Part shown: positions 50,225 through 59,753 of the stretch, in pieces
Numbering within the stretch: position 1 is the first letter of the stretch
Layout of the letters: the number at the start of each line of letters is the position of its first letter
DNA from: an uncultured Pseudomonadales bacterium
GTDB lineage: Bacteria > Pseudomonadota > Alphaproteobacteria > UBA2136 > UBA6156
Reading direction: 5' to 3'
Length of the DNA stretch: 64,000 bases
Assembly (NCBI GenBank): GCA_964601735.1
Contig: CAZROO010000004.1
Location: forward strand, 10,289-74,288
Program-made: the position numbers and the translations under genes
The notes under the pieces: generated by a model
Databases searched by the model: none
The model's input: the letters and a program-made list of their open reading frames with translations, nothing else
What the model was told of the DNA's origin: nothing

Positions 50225-52279
50225 TTAGGGGTAGTAGGCCCAGCGACGGGTGTTTTTGATGAATGTTTTGGCGGGACATAAGTTACTGTTTTGATTAGTG
50301 ATTATGACGACGGCGCGATGGCAGTCGTCGGGCGTGGGGGCACCGTTGAGGACGGTGACGGGGCCGGCGGGGGTTTGGTAGGCACAGCCTGTACTATCAC
50401 ATTGACCGGGCTGGGGTTTTTCGGGACTGAGGGTATGACCCCAGCGCCGGGCCCAGCGGGTGGCGGCGTTGGTGTAGGATGGTGCAAGAATGATGCGGAA
50501 CTGTCGCCCTGACGTGCGGGAAAGGACAATTTCACCGCCGTTCAGCACCGCGATTGTCGGTGGCGTGGCACATAGTGATGCAGCGGTGGCCAAACCGAAA
50601 ATTGCAAATGTGAAAATAACGGCCCATAGCCATTCACACATGCAACAAAGCAGGAAGGCCACCAGGCACAACCCGGCCAGCGGCAGGCTGAAGCTTTGTG
50701 GCACGATAACCTGAGCTTGTGGCAAATGGGCCGCATAGGCGGCGATGGCGTTGGCAGCCTGGCAGACCCAGACCAGCGGCGATAGAGCCAGCCAGCCCAA
50801 GTGCAGCGGCCAGAGGGCCAGAACGACGAGACTCAGCCAGGTGCCGAGCGCGCCCATCAACGGTACGGCAACGAGGTTGGCAGGCAGGCTGACGAGGCTG
50901 ACCTGGCCGAAAATGTAGGCCACCAGAGGCAGGGTGGCGAGCCCGGCGACGAGGCTGGTGACAGCGAATTGGCGGAGGTGGCCCAGCATCCAGGCGAGGC
51001 GCCCATGCCCCTTCCCCGCGCCGAGAATACCGGCCGCTTGCGCCAGAATGAGGCCGAGCGTGGCGGAAAAACTAAGCTGGAAGCCCGCGGTAAGGGCGCT
51101 TTCTGGCCACAACAGGCACATGCCCGCCAGCGCCACGGCCCAGGCGCGGAGGGCTCCGGAGACCCGCCCGGCCACCACGGCAGCGAGGAAGAATGAGACC
51201 ATCACCGCCGCGCGGACGACGCTGACCCCGGCCCCGGCGATAAGGGTGTAGAGCGGCACGGCGGCCAGCCCCACCAGCGCGGCGTAGAGGCGTATATTAT
51301 GCGTGAGCGCGAGGCGCGGCCAACAGGCCAGAAGCCGCCGCACCAGCCAGAAAATGCCCAGCCCGGCGACGCTGAGCTGCATGCCCGATATAGCCAGCAG
51401 GTGGGAAAGCCCGGCGTTTCTATACGCGTTGTTGACTTCGGGCGGAATGCCGGAGGTATCGCCCACCAGCAGGGCGGTGACAGTGCCTTGGGCGAGTTTA
51501 TTGGTTTTTTGAGTTATATCGGCACGGAAATTATCTATGGCTGAGCTTTGTTGTAAGCCCCCAATGGATGCCATGCCCCCCTGAGGGGGGCGGCATGACG
51601 GCTGTGTTATAGAGGGTTGACTGAGCTGTGGTTGGGCTTCGCAGGGAGGATTACCCGGCAGGGTAGTGAGGGCCAGGCGGCCCTGGACGTAGCCGTGGCC
51701 TACCTCGGCCTTGTAGCGGGAGAACGGGCGAAAATCGCGGTCGCCGGGAAAGGCGGGGGCGTCGGGCGGGAAGAGGAGGATTTGGGCGGCGATGGCTATA
51801 GGATGAGAGGATAAGAGGGTTAGAGGATGAGAGGGGATTTGAGCGCTTTGCGCGGCATTATCAATCACCCCCAATGGATGCCTTGCCCCCCTCGAGGGGG
51901 GCGGGATGGCGGCGCCCCCCACAACACCAGTTTCAGCCAGGTTTTGATGGTTACCTGCCTCAGCCAAGAGGTTTTGGAAGCGGTGGGTGTTGACGCCCAG
52001 GGCCAGTTTGGCGGGGATTCCAGTGGTTTGGTAGCCGGTGACATCGCTGAGATAGAGGGTCAGGCGGTCGGGATTGTCGTCGTGGAGGCGGATATTGGTG
52101 AGGCGACCCGTCACCCAGTGGGGTTTTGCGGCCAGGTTCTGCCAGTTTATGGGCGTATTGCGCCAGTGGGCCGGGAGGGGTAAGTTACTGTAAAGACACA
52201 CTAAAGTTGCCAAAAACACGCAGATGGCCGCCGCCAGCAGGGGCCATTCGTTTTTGAGGGCTTTGGCGAGGCCGTCCAT
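50225..52279 (-). CDS. comEC: ComEC/Rec2-family DNA internalisation channel protein (no metallo-beta-lactamase domain), with ~130-aa in-frame repeat-derived insert
   Basis: Competence domain (GLSHLLAISGMQLSVAG). N-terminal DUF4131-like TM region. The central segment is encoded by REP-like and GAGGATAAGAGG repeats. Cys-rich C-terminus. Confidence 0.7.
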   Translation of the reverse strand: MDGLAKALKNEWPLLAAAICVFLATLVCLYSNLPLPAHWRNTPINWQNLAAKPHWVTGRLTNIRLHDDNPDRLTLYLSDVTGYQTTGIPAKLALGVNTHRFQNLLAEAGNHQNLAETGVVGGAAIPPPSRGARHPLGVIDNAAQSAQIPSHPLTLLSSHPIAIAAQILLFPPDAPAFPGDRDFRPFSRYKAEVGHGYVQGRLALTTLPGNPPCEAQPQLSQPSITQPSCRPPQGGMASIGGLQQSSAIDNFRADITQKTNKLAQGTVTALLVGDTSGIPPEVNNAYRNAGLSHLLAISGMQLSVAGLGIFWLVRRLLACWPRLALTHNIRLYAALVGLAAVPLYTLIAGAGVSVVRAAVMVSFFLAAVVAGRVSGALRAWAVALAGMCLLWPESALTAGFQLSFSATLGLILAQAAGILGAGKGHGRLAWMLGHLRQFAVTSLVAGLATLPLVAYIFGQVSLVSLPANLVAVPLMGALGTWLSLVVLALWPLHLGWLALSPLVWVCQAANAIAAYAAHLPQAQVIVPQSFSLPLAGLCLVAFLLCCMCEWLWAVIFTFAIFGLATAASLCATPPTIAVLNGGEIVLSRTSGRQFRIILAPSYTNAATRWARRWGHTLSPEKPQPGQCDSTGCAYQTPAGPVTVLNGAPTPDDCHRAVVIITNQNSNLCPAKTFIKNTRRWAYYP
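51558..51616. repeat. REP-like palindromic element, copy A (inside comEC ORF)
   Basis: CCCCCAATGGATGCCATGCCCCCCTGAGGGGGGCGGCATGACGGCTGTGTTATAGAGG, with a 7-bp G/C stem and 3-nt loop. Confidence 0.7.
51795..51840. repeat. GAGGATAAGAGG purine-rich repeat (same family as 15191-15290)
   Basis: GGATGAGAGGATAAGAGGGTTAGAGGATGAGAGGGG inside the comEC ORF. Confidence 0.6.
51868..51914. repeat. REP-like palindromic element, copy B (truncated, inside comEC ORF)
   Basis: ACCCCCAATGGATGCCTTGCCCCCCTCGAGGGGGGCGGGATGGCGGCG. Confidence 0.65.
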
Positions 52280-52406
52280 GACCCGGCTAAGGTGCCATAA
52301 AATTTCAGCTTAGGGGTTGTATACGCTTATAAAAACCCCATCTCTCACCCAACTCGATTCTTAACGCCCATTCGGACAACGCGCCGGTGGGCGCAAGGAG
52401 TGAACC

Positions 52407-53396
52407 ATGTTGAAACTTTTTTCATGGGTTTTTCCCGTGATTATGGTGGTTTTTTCAGCCACTTCGACAACGGCGAAAGCCGAGGAATGCGGATTTTTGA
52501 AGTCGATGTTCCACCCCGCTTGCGGGGCGGTACAGCAGACGACCGCGACAGTGCACGGTACCAAGCCGGGCTGGAATGGCCACAGTTATAACCTGGCGGG
52601 CATGCGGCACACGACTGCGTATGTACGTATGCCAAACGGCTCGCAGAAGCCCATCTCGCAAACCGATGAGCAGTCGTGCCTGGCACAACTGGTGATTGGC
52701 GAAGCGTGGAAGGAAAACGACAGGCAACGGCGCTATATTATAGATACTGTGAAAAACCGGAAGGCCAGCGGCGATTATGCCGCTACCTTCTGTAAGGTGG
52801 CTCATCAGTATACGAGCTATGGTAGCTATGATATCTGCCAGTATTCGACGGCATGCGAACCGCATACCTTTGAATACACCCAGTGGGTTGAAGCGATGCG
52901 TATCGCCAAGGAGGAGATGGCCCGTAAAGGACTTTCTTCCCCCCGGATGGTTGGAGTGGTGAATTACCATGCCAACTACGTGGCCAAACCCAAATCGTGG
53001 AAAGACCTTTCACGATGCTTCAAGGATGGCGTGCATGTCTTCTATGCGGAAGATTGCGGCGAATCGGTAGGCGTGGCTTATATCCCCCGTCCGCCGAGGG
53101 ACATCCCGATGCATGAGGAGCAGCAGAAAGCGCCCGCTATGATGGCTTACGCCGCCGAGGAGCCTGTGAAGGTTGCTCGCGTGCCGTTGCCTTCGGAGCG
53201 TCCGACCCAGGCCATCGAGGCCGCCGCAGCCGAGGCTATGGCGACCGCGAAAGTTCGGGCCGTGGCGGTTCTGGCGGCGGCCCTCAAGGCCTCCGCCGCA
53301 GAGCAGCCCCCCAGCCCGCCAAGCCGGTGGGACGTGGGCGAGTTGGAAGCCAGCAACGAGAGGGTTCTGACCGAAATGGTCGGTTTCAAACCCTAA
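52407..53396 (+). CDS. SleB-like cell-wall hydrolase with Ala-rich C-terminal tail
   Basis: RBS AAGGAG. Signal peptide. Hydrolase_2-like core (LAQLVIGEAWKEN...IDTVKNR...HQYTSYG). Confidence 0.6.
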   Translation: MLKLFSWVFPVIMVVFSATSTTAKAEECGFLKSMFHPACGAVQQTTATVHGTKPGWNGHSYNLAGMRHTTAYVRMPNGSQKPISQTDEQSCLAQLVIGEAWKENDRQRRYIIDTVKNRKASGDYAATFCKVAHQYTSYGSYDICQYSTACEPHTFEYTQWVEAMRIAKEEMARKGLSSPRMVGVVNYHANYVAKPKSWKDLSRCFKDGVHVFYAEDCGESVGVAYIPRPPRDIPMHEEQQKAPAMMAYAAEEPVKVARVPLPSERPTQAIEAAAAEAMATAKVRAVAVLAAALKASAAEQPPSPPSRWDVGELEASNERVLTEMVGFKP

Positions 53397-53621
53397 TAAA
53401 CGATACAGAGCGGCCTCCCCTACCCGGGAGGCCGCTCTTTTTATTTTATAATAACTTAACCGATGCGGCTGCCTGTTAGCGAGGCATCTTTAAGCTGCAT
53501 GTTGCTTATTTACGCCTTGTCAATGGCGTATGGCTTCTTTATATGACCCCCCGTCTTGAAAAACCCCCACCCCGCCCCATATGGTTTGCATGTCCAACTC
53601 GACTTTGGGCCGTTAATCATG

Positions 53622-54428
53622 ACGCGCCCCGTAGCCAAAGTGGCAGCCCTTCCGAAGCACCCCGTCAACCACCGCCACAGCCTGGCCATGCTGTGCGCCG
53701 CCGCCTGCAACGCGGCACTGCTGGGCGTGGCCGGGTGGAGCTTTGCGCCCCAACGTAATGTGCAGGCTTCGGCCCCCGCGCCGGTTATGACGGCTGCCAC
53801 GGCCCCTGCCCCGGTGGTGATTGAAGCCGCCGCGCCGGTGGCCGAAAGCGCCCAGTTGCTCCAGGTGGACAAGGCGCTGAAGGCCGCCGTCAGGCATGCT
53901 TCGGCCCAGCCGCTTAGCCGTGGCCGGACGCAGACCGCCCACCGCGCCCGCGCGCCCAAGGTGGTCGCCAAGATAGGCGAAAAGGAACTTTTGGCCCGCG
54001 TAATGTGGCACGAGGCGCGGGGTCAGGGCCGTTTGGGCATGCTGGCTACCGGGATTGTGACCATGAACCGTGTGCACTCAGGTTATAATGGCCTTAAAAC
54101 CCTGAACGCGGTGGTGAACGAGCCGTTTGCCTATAGCTGGGTGAAAACGCCACAGGCCGAGGGTTTCCGTGCCGACAGCCCCAGCGCCAAGGCTGCCATG
54201 GACGTGGCCGGGCGCCTGCTGAACCACCGCTTGCTGGCCGACGAGCAGGAACTGGCCGACAAGCTGGGGCACGCCAACCACTTCCACGCCGTGACCATGG
54301 CCAAGTACCCGCGCTGGGCCTTTAGCGCCAAGCTGGAACGCGTGAAGCTGAGCCATGCGCAGGAGGTTGCTCTGGGGGCGGTTTTCTATGCGCCTCGGGA
54401 TAGTGATATGGATGTGGCGAGCCGGTAG
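53622..54428 (+). CDS. SleB-family cell-wall hydrolase (start uncertain; ORF opens at 53556)
   Basis: LLARVMWHEARGQG...GIVTMNRV...FAYSW is a classic SleB/Hydrolase_2 core. Confidence 0.7.
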   Translation, partial: TRPVAKVAALPKHPVNHRHSLAMLCAAACNAALLGVAGWSFAPQRNVQASAPAPVMTAATAPAPVVIEAAAPVAESAQLLQVDKALKAAVRHASAQPLSRGRTQTAHRARAPKVVAKIGEKELLARVMWHEARGQGRLGMLATGIVTMNRVHSGYNGLKTLNAVVNEPFAYSWVKTPQAEGFRADSPSAKAAMDVAGRLLNHRLLADEQELADKLGHANHFHAVTMAKYPRWAFSAKLERVKLSHAQEVALGAVFYAPRDSDMDVASR

Positions 54429-54447
54429 GGATTAGGTTTTAGGTGTT

Positions 54448-54475
54448 AGGGGCCCCTTGCGGGGCCGTTTTTATT
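54448..54475 (+). terminator. rho-independent terminator
   Basis: AGGGGCCCC-TTGC-GGGGCC followed by GTTTTTATT. Confidence 0.65.
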
Positions 54476-54524
54476 GAATTATTGGGAATTCACGTTTCTT
54501 TATCTCCAACCTTTGGAACATGCC

Positions 54525-54782
54525 ATGCCTTCCGCGGGTCATGAATTGAAACTCACATGGGTACCGCCCTCGCCCGTCGAGATAAAACAACTTCGTAAAA
54601 AGCTGGGGATGACCCAACTGGTGTTTGCGAGAACTTTTCGTTTAAACATTGGCACTTTGAAGGCTTGGGAACAGGGCCGCAACGAGCCTGAATGCTTTAA
54701 CGCACTGGTTTTGCTGATGCTTATCCGGGATACCGAAACAATATTACGGCTTATTGCCGCTGTTGTTCGAGATGAAAAATGA
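54525..54782 (+). CDS. XRE/YiaG-type helix-turn-helix protein (antitoxin-like), orphan
   Basis: IKQLRKKLGMTQLVFARTFRLNIGTLKAWEQGRNEP matches the YiaG/HigA-like HTH signature. No toxin partner in the window. Confidence 0.55.
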   Translation: MPSAGHELKLTWVPPSPVEIKQLRKKLGMTQLVFARTFRLNIGTLKAWEQGRNEPECFNALVLLMLIRDTETILRLIAAVVRDEK

Positions 54783-54808
54783 CGGCCCCTTGTGGGGCCG
54801 TTTTTGTT
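54782..54808 (+). terminator. rho-independent terminator
   Basis: ACGGCCCC-TTGT-GGGGCCGT followed by TTTTG. Confidence 0.6.
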
Positions 54809-54839
54809 TGGGTATAGGTGGTTTTGCTTATTTACTTAC

Positions 54840-55100
54840 CTTTTTCCCTGTTCAACTTCGCATGCCTGAGGTTTCGTGTAGCCTTGGATGACGCCTTCGG
54901 ATGGATGCGTGGTCATCCGATTGGAATGAGGGGCTTGACTCCACCCCCATGCGAATGCCGGAAGAATGAGGAGACGAAAACCGAATCTGTCTTTGGAAGT
55001 GGTGGTGGCGGCGTCCAAACCGTTACCGTTAGCCCTTCCGTTGGTGGACATTCCCCGGTCTTGCACGAGAAAGAACCCCTGGCGACAGGGGTTCTTTTTT
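54840..55100 (+). other. candidate structured non-coding transcript ending in a terminator (unidentified)
   Basis: No credible ORF. Internal hairpins (GATGACGCC-TTCG-GATGG...). Ends AGAACCCCTGGCGACAGGGGTTCTTTTTTAT. Confidence 0.2.
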
Positions 55101-55114
55101 ATGACTGTGGCTCC

Positions 55115-55172
55115 CACCCCGATGGATGCCCTGCCCCCTCAAGGGGGGCGGCATGACGGCGGTGTTATAGTG
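55115..55172. repeat. REP-like palindromic element, copy C (intergenic)
   Basis: ACCCCGATGGATGCCCTGCCCCCTCAAGGGGGGCGGCATGACGGCGGTGTTATAGTGG. Confidence 0.65.
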
Positions 55173-55179
55173 GTTTTTT

Positions 55180-55458
55180 CTTGCAGCGGTGGCGTTCTAC
55201 ATGACGCCCTTCGGGCGTTTTGGGCGTGGATGCCGGCCTGCGCCGGCATGGGGCGGTGTTTATGGTGACCTTTTGAAGGGTTCTGCTTTTGGGAGGGCAC
55301 CCGTCGAGGCCCCGGGAAACCCCCAAACCCCATCCTTCTCGCTTTTACGGTTGCCGGTTTGAGTGCCTTTGGCACGCATTATCGTGGATGCTGATCTTCA
55401 TCAGCATGACAGAGATTTGTGGATGGAAAAGAACCCCGCTTGGCGCGAGGTTCTTTTT
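55180..55458 (+). other. second candidate structured non-coding transcript with duplicated terminator; also a bidirectional terminator for gltA
   Basis: Hairpins GACGCCC-TTCG-GGCGT and ATGCCGGC-CTGC-GCCGGCAT. Ends AAGAACCCCGCTTGGCGCGAGGTTCTTTTTAT. Confidence 0.2.
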
Positions 55459-55465
55459 ATTCCTT

Positions 55466-56797
<1,332 letters not shown>

Positions 56798-57346
56798 GGG
56801 GGGATGACTTTCGTTTATTTTCTTGGTCGTCAGTTTATGCCGCAGTGCACAAAATGCAAGAGGGAATACAAGATTACAGGGTGACAAGGGTTACAGGATG
56901 GCCTTTTTTGTCAGACGTTTGGGTTTGGAACCAACAGGCTTGCACCGGGGATGCCTTACGGATTATAAGGCGCTGACTGATTTAGATTCCGTTTTCCAGT
57001 TTGAATTGGCGGTGCTTTATGCCTTGCGATCGTTGTTGATGCTTGGCATTAGCCTGCCATGCCGGGGGACTCCCCCCGACCGGCTAGTAGTTGGGAATCA
57101 GCATGTCCCGGCGAATACCCGGAACCCCCGGCCTCCGTATATTAAGTTGGCCGGGGGTTTTGCCCTTGTTTTACGAACGGCGGATTCCGTGCGGGCGGGG
57201 TCGTGTCCCCCTGCTCCGGACAAGGTTCATGACCCCTTGGTGGGAGCTGACTGGCCCACATCTTCCCAGAGGCGAAGAGCAGGTATTGCGGTGCCTGTTT
57301 CTTCCCTCGCCGCCGAAGAATTGCAGTTCTTTGGCAAGCATGCACG

Positions 57347-57375
57347 CAAAAGCCACCCTTTCGGGGTGGCTTTTG
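57347..57375. terminator. bidirectional terminator
   Basis: AAAAGCCACCC-TTTC-GGGGTGGCTTTT. Confidence 0.6.
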
Positions 57376-57378
57376 GGG

Positions 57379-59034
57379 CTAGTGCTTTACGACGTTGCGC
57401 AGGGCGGCCAGCGCTTCCTTATCGAAGGCCGGGGTTTGCAGGGCCTTGAGGGCCTCGCTGGGGTGCATGGCCGTGCGGTGGGCCCGGTTGCTGGTGAGCG
57501 CGACGTAGGCGTCGCACAGGCCGATGATGCGGCCCATGCGGCTGATTTCGGCCCCCTTGAGCTTGCCGGGGTGGCCGGAGCCGTCGAGTCGCTCGTACAT
57601 TTGGGTTATGACCGGCAGCACGGGCAGGTCGAAATCGATGCCGTGCAGCACCGAGACGCTGCGGGAGATGTCGGCCTGGAGGGCGGCTTTTTCTGCTGGG
57701 GTCAGCTTGCCCTTGCCCAGCAGCGCGCGCGGCACCAGCAGGCGCCCCACCGCCGCCATTTGCGCGGCGTAGAACAGGGTGGCGCGTTCGCCCACCGGGA
57801 CGTTCATGGTATTGCCGACCTGCACCACCAGCCGCGCCAGCCGGGCATGGTGGCCGGAGAGGTTGGTGTCGCGGGCTTCGACCGCGCGCACCAGTGCCTC
57901 GGTGGTTTGGCCGAGAAGCTTGACCCGGGCGCGGTTGCGCTGGGCCATGAGGTGCAGCGTGAGCGCCAGCATGAAGGCGCTAAGTACCAGTACCGCCATT
58001 GCGACGATGATGTAGATGCCGGGCTTGTAGAGGCTCATGAGGGCCAGGGCGTTGGACGCCTTATACTCTTGCAGCACCTGGAAGGGAGCAGCATTGACGG
58101 GCAGCAGCGCCGCGAAGGTGGCGGCGCCATCGACCGGGCTGAGGCTGAGGGCATGGCCGTCCTTGAGGCTCTTTTTCAAATCATCGTAGGTGCTGCCCAG
58201 CGGCGCGAGGGCGTTTTTGCCCACCACGCTGGCCTGGTTGTTAACCACCTGCACCAACGCCGTGCGTTCGCCGGGGCGGTCTTCGGGGTTCGGGGCCGCG
58301 AGCTGGGCGAGCTTGTCGCCTGCCGGGATAGTGAGCCAGAGCACGCCGGTGACGGAAGTATCGTTGCTGCCGCCGACCGGGCGGACCATGTCGAACGCCA
58401 CGGTGCCGTCGAGCTGGCGCAGCGGCAGGATTTGCGGCTTGCCGCTTTGGGCCACGGCTTTGGCCGTGCCGGTGGCGGCGGCCTCGGGCACCGGGCCATA
58501 GCTGACCACGGGTTGGCCGTCCGTCAGCAGCAGGTGGACGGCGGTGAAGCCGTTCTTTTTGGCGAAGTCATCCACCAGTTGCTTCATGTACGGTGCCTGG
58601 GCACGCAATGCACCCGACATGGTGGTGACGGGCGGAGTATCGGGCGTGACCACCGGCTGGCCGTTTTTGGCGACCTCGGCCAGATACAGCCCGACAATAT
58701 CGGCCTGGGCGACGCTATCGGCTACCTTGCCGGTACCTGAGAGCCATTCGGCGATGGTGTTGGCGCGGCCCTGGCCCTGGATTTCGACGCGGGCGGCGGT
58801 GTCTTCTATCAACTGGCCCTGACGCATGGCCACCAGCAGCTGCGCGGTAAGCATGCCGACGCTGGCGACGGCGAGGACGACCAGGACAATCCAGCCCAGG
58901 AAACTTTTGAGCGGCACGTTGCCGCGGTAATGGATGACCTCGGACGGCAGCGGGGCGCTGGCTTCGTCGCGCGACAGCAGGACGGGGCGAATGGGCGCGG
59001 CCCTGGTGATTTTTTTGGCTTTTTTAATGGGCAT
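57379..59034 (-). CDS. two-TM signalling protein: ~250-aa periplasmic domain plus cytoplasmic degenerate HD-GYP domain (LapD-analogous candidate)
   Basis: TM1 and TM2 flank a periplasmic region. C-terminal GHHARLARL...KLTPAEKAAL...YERLDGSGHP is HD-GYP-like with HD, HH and GYP ligands replaced. RBS AGGGAA after the BTLCP stop. Confidence 0.7.
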   Translation of the reverse strand: MPIKKAKKITRAAPIRPVLLSRDEASAPLPSEVIHYRGNVPLKSFLGWIVLVVLAVASVGMLTAQLLVAMRQGQLIEDTAARVEIQGQGRANTIAEWLSGTGKVADSVAQADIVGLYLAEVAKNGQPVVTPDTPPVTTMSGALRAQAPYMKQLVDDFAKKNGFTAVHLLLTDGQPVVSYGPVPEAAATGTAKAVAQSGKPQILPLRQLDGTVAFDMVRPVGGSNDTSVTGVLWLTIPAGDKLAQLAAPNPEDRPGERTALVQVVNNQASVVGKNALAPLGSTYDDLKKSLKDGHALSLSPVDGAATFAALLPVNAAPFQVLQEYKASNALALMSLYKPGIYIIVAMAVLVLSAFMLALTLHLMAQRNRARVKLLGQTTEALVRAVEARDTNLSGHHARLARLVVQVGNTMNVPVGERATLFYAAQMAAVGRLLVPRALLGKGKLTPAEKAALQADISRSVSVLHGIDFDLPVLPVITQMYERLDGSGHPGKLKGAEISRMGRIIGLCDAYVALTSNRAHRTAMHPSEALKALQTPAFDKEALAALRNVVKH

Positions 59035-59045
59035 TTCGGTTCCCT

Positions 59046-59753
59046 TTATTGCTCCGGTTTAATGAAAATCCACCGGGTGGTTTCGTTGACCGCATAGTAC
59101 GGACTATATTGAATAACCGTTTCGGACGGAAGGGGTTGGCTGGCGAGGTTGTCGAGAATCATGTCGTGCCCATCGAGTTTGGCAGCGAGGATGGCGTGGG
59201 GCTCGTCGCGGACGGTATCTCGCAGAATGACGACGCGCAGACTAGCGTTGGCCCAGCCGAGCATGCGCAAGGATACGAACTTGGCGATGGCGTAGTCTTC
59301 GCAATCGCCGGATTTTTTAAGGAATTGCAGTGGCGTGGCCCAGTAGTCGGACTTGCCGTAGTTGTCGATATCCTCGATGTACGGGAAGCCGTTGAAGAAG
59401 CGGTTGACCGTGCGCATCTGCTGTGCCGGGCTCATTTCCTTTGCCGCGTCCATCATTTCGCGCCAGCGGCGGGCGCCGCTGGTGGGGCAGTCGTCGGCGT
59501 TATTTTCGCAGGCGTGGAGGATGCCGGATTCGTGGCGGATGCGGCTGAGGACATCGACCCATTTGGTGAAGCTGCTGATGTTGTCGCCTTTGAGTTCGAC
59601 GCGGCCGAAGAGACCTGCGGCGTGGGCGGGCGTTGCGATAAAAGTAAGCGCAAGAACTGAAACAACGCCTCCTAAAACAGACATGTGCGCGCTCGGGCGC
59701 GCGCTCTTATCGTGGATCCCGACCTTCGTCGGGATGACAGCGACATTCTGCAT
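59046..59753 (-). CDS. bacterial transglutaminase-like cysteine proteinase (BTLCP, LapG-like periplasmic protease)
   Basis: Signal/anchor VLALTFIATPAHA. Conserved GDCEDYAIAKF Cys plus downstream His and Asp. Start directly follows the HlyD stop with RBS GGAG. Confidence 0.75.
   Translation of the reverse strand: MQNVAVIPTKVGIHDKSARPSAHMSVLGGVVSVLALTFIATPAHAAGLFGRVELKGDNISSFTKWVDVLSRIRHESGILHACENNADDCPTSGARRWREMMDAAKEMSPAQQMRTVNRFFNGFPYIEDIDNYGKSDYWATPLQFLKKSGDCEDYAIAKFVSLRMLGWANASLRVVILRDTVRDEPHAILAAKLDGHDMILDNLASQPLPSETVIQYSPYYAVNETTRWIFIKPEQ

Noticed and set aside
51540-55172. REP-like copies as a CRISPR array
   Set aside because: There are only three copies with irregular spacing (~250 bp and ~3.2 kb). 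The units are internally palindromic rather than repeat-spacer, and there are no cas genes.
54818-55268. ORFs 54818-55156 (+), 54836-55117 (-) and 54966-55268 (+) as protein genes
   Set aside because: They overlap repeats and terminator hairpins and lack RBSs. Their composition is low-complexity.
59684-59753. Alternative internal start for the BTLCP at Met-24 (MSVLGG...) giving a classical signal peptide
   Set aside because: The ATG at 59753 directly follows the HlyD stop with a GGAG RBS, so the longer form (N-terminal tail plus signal-anchor) is kept. The shorter form remains possible.
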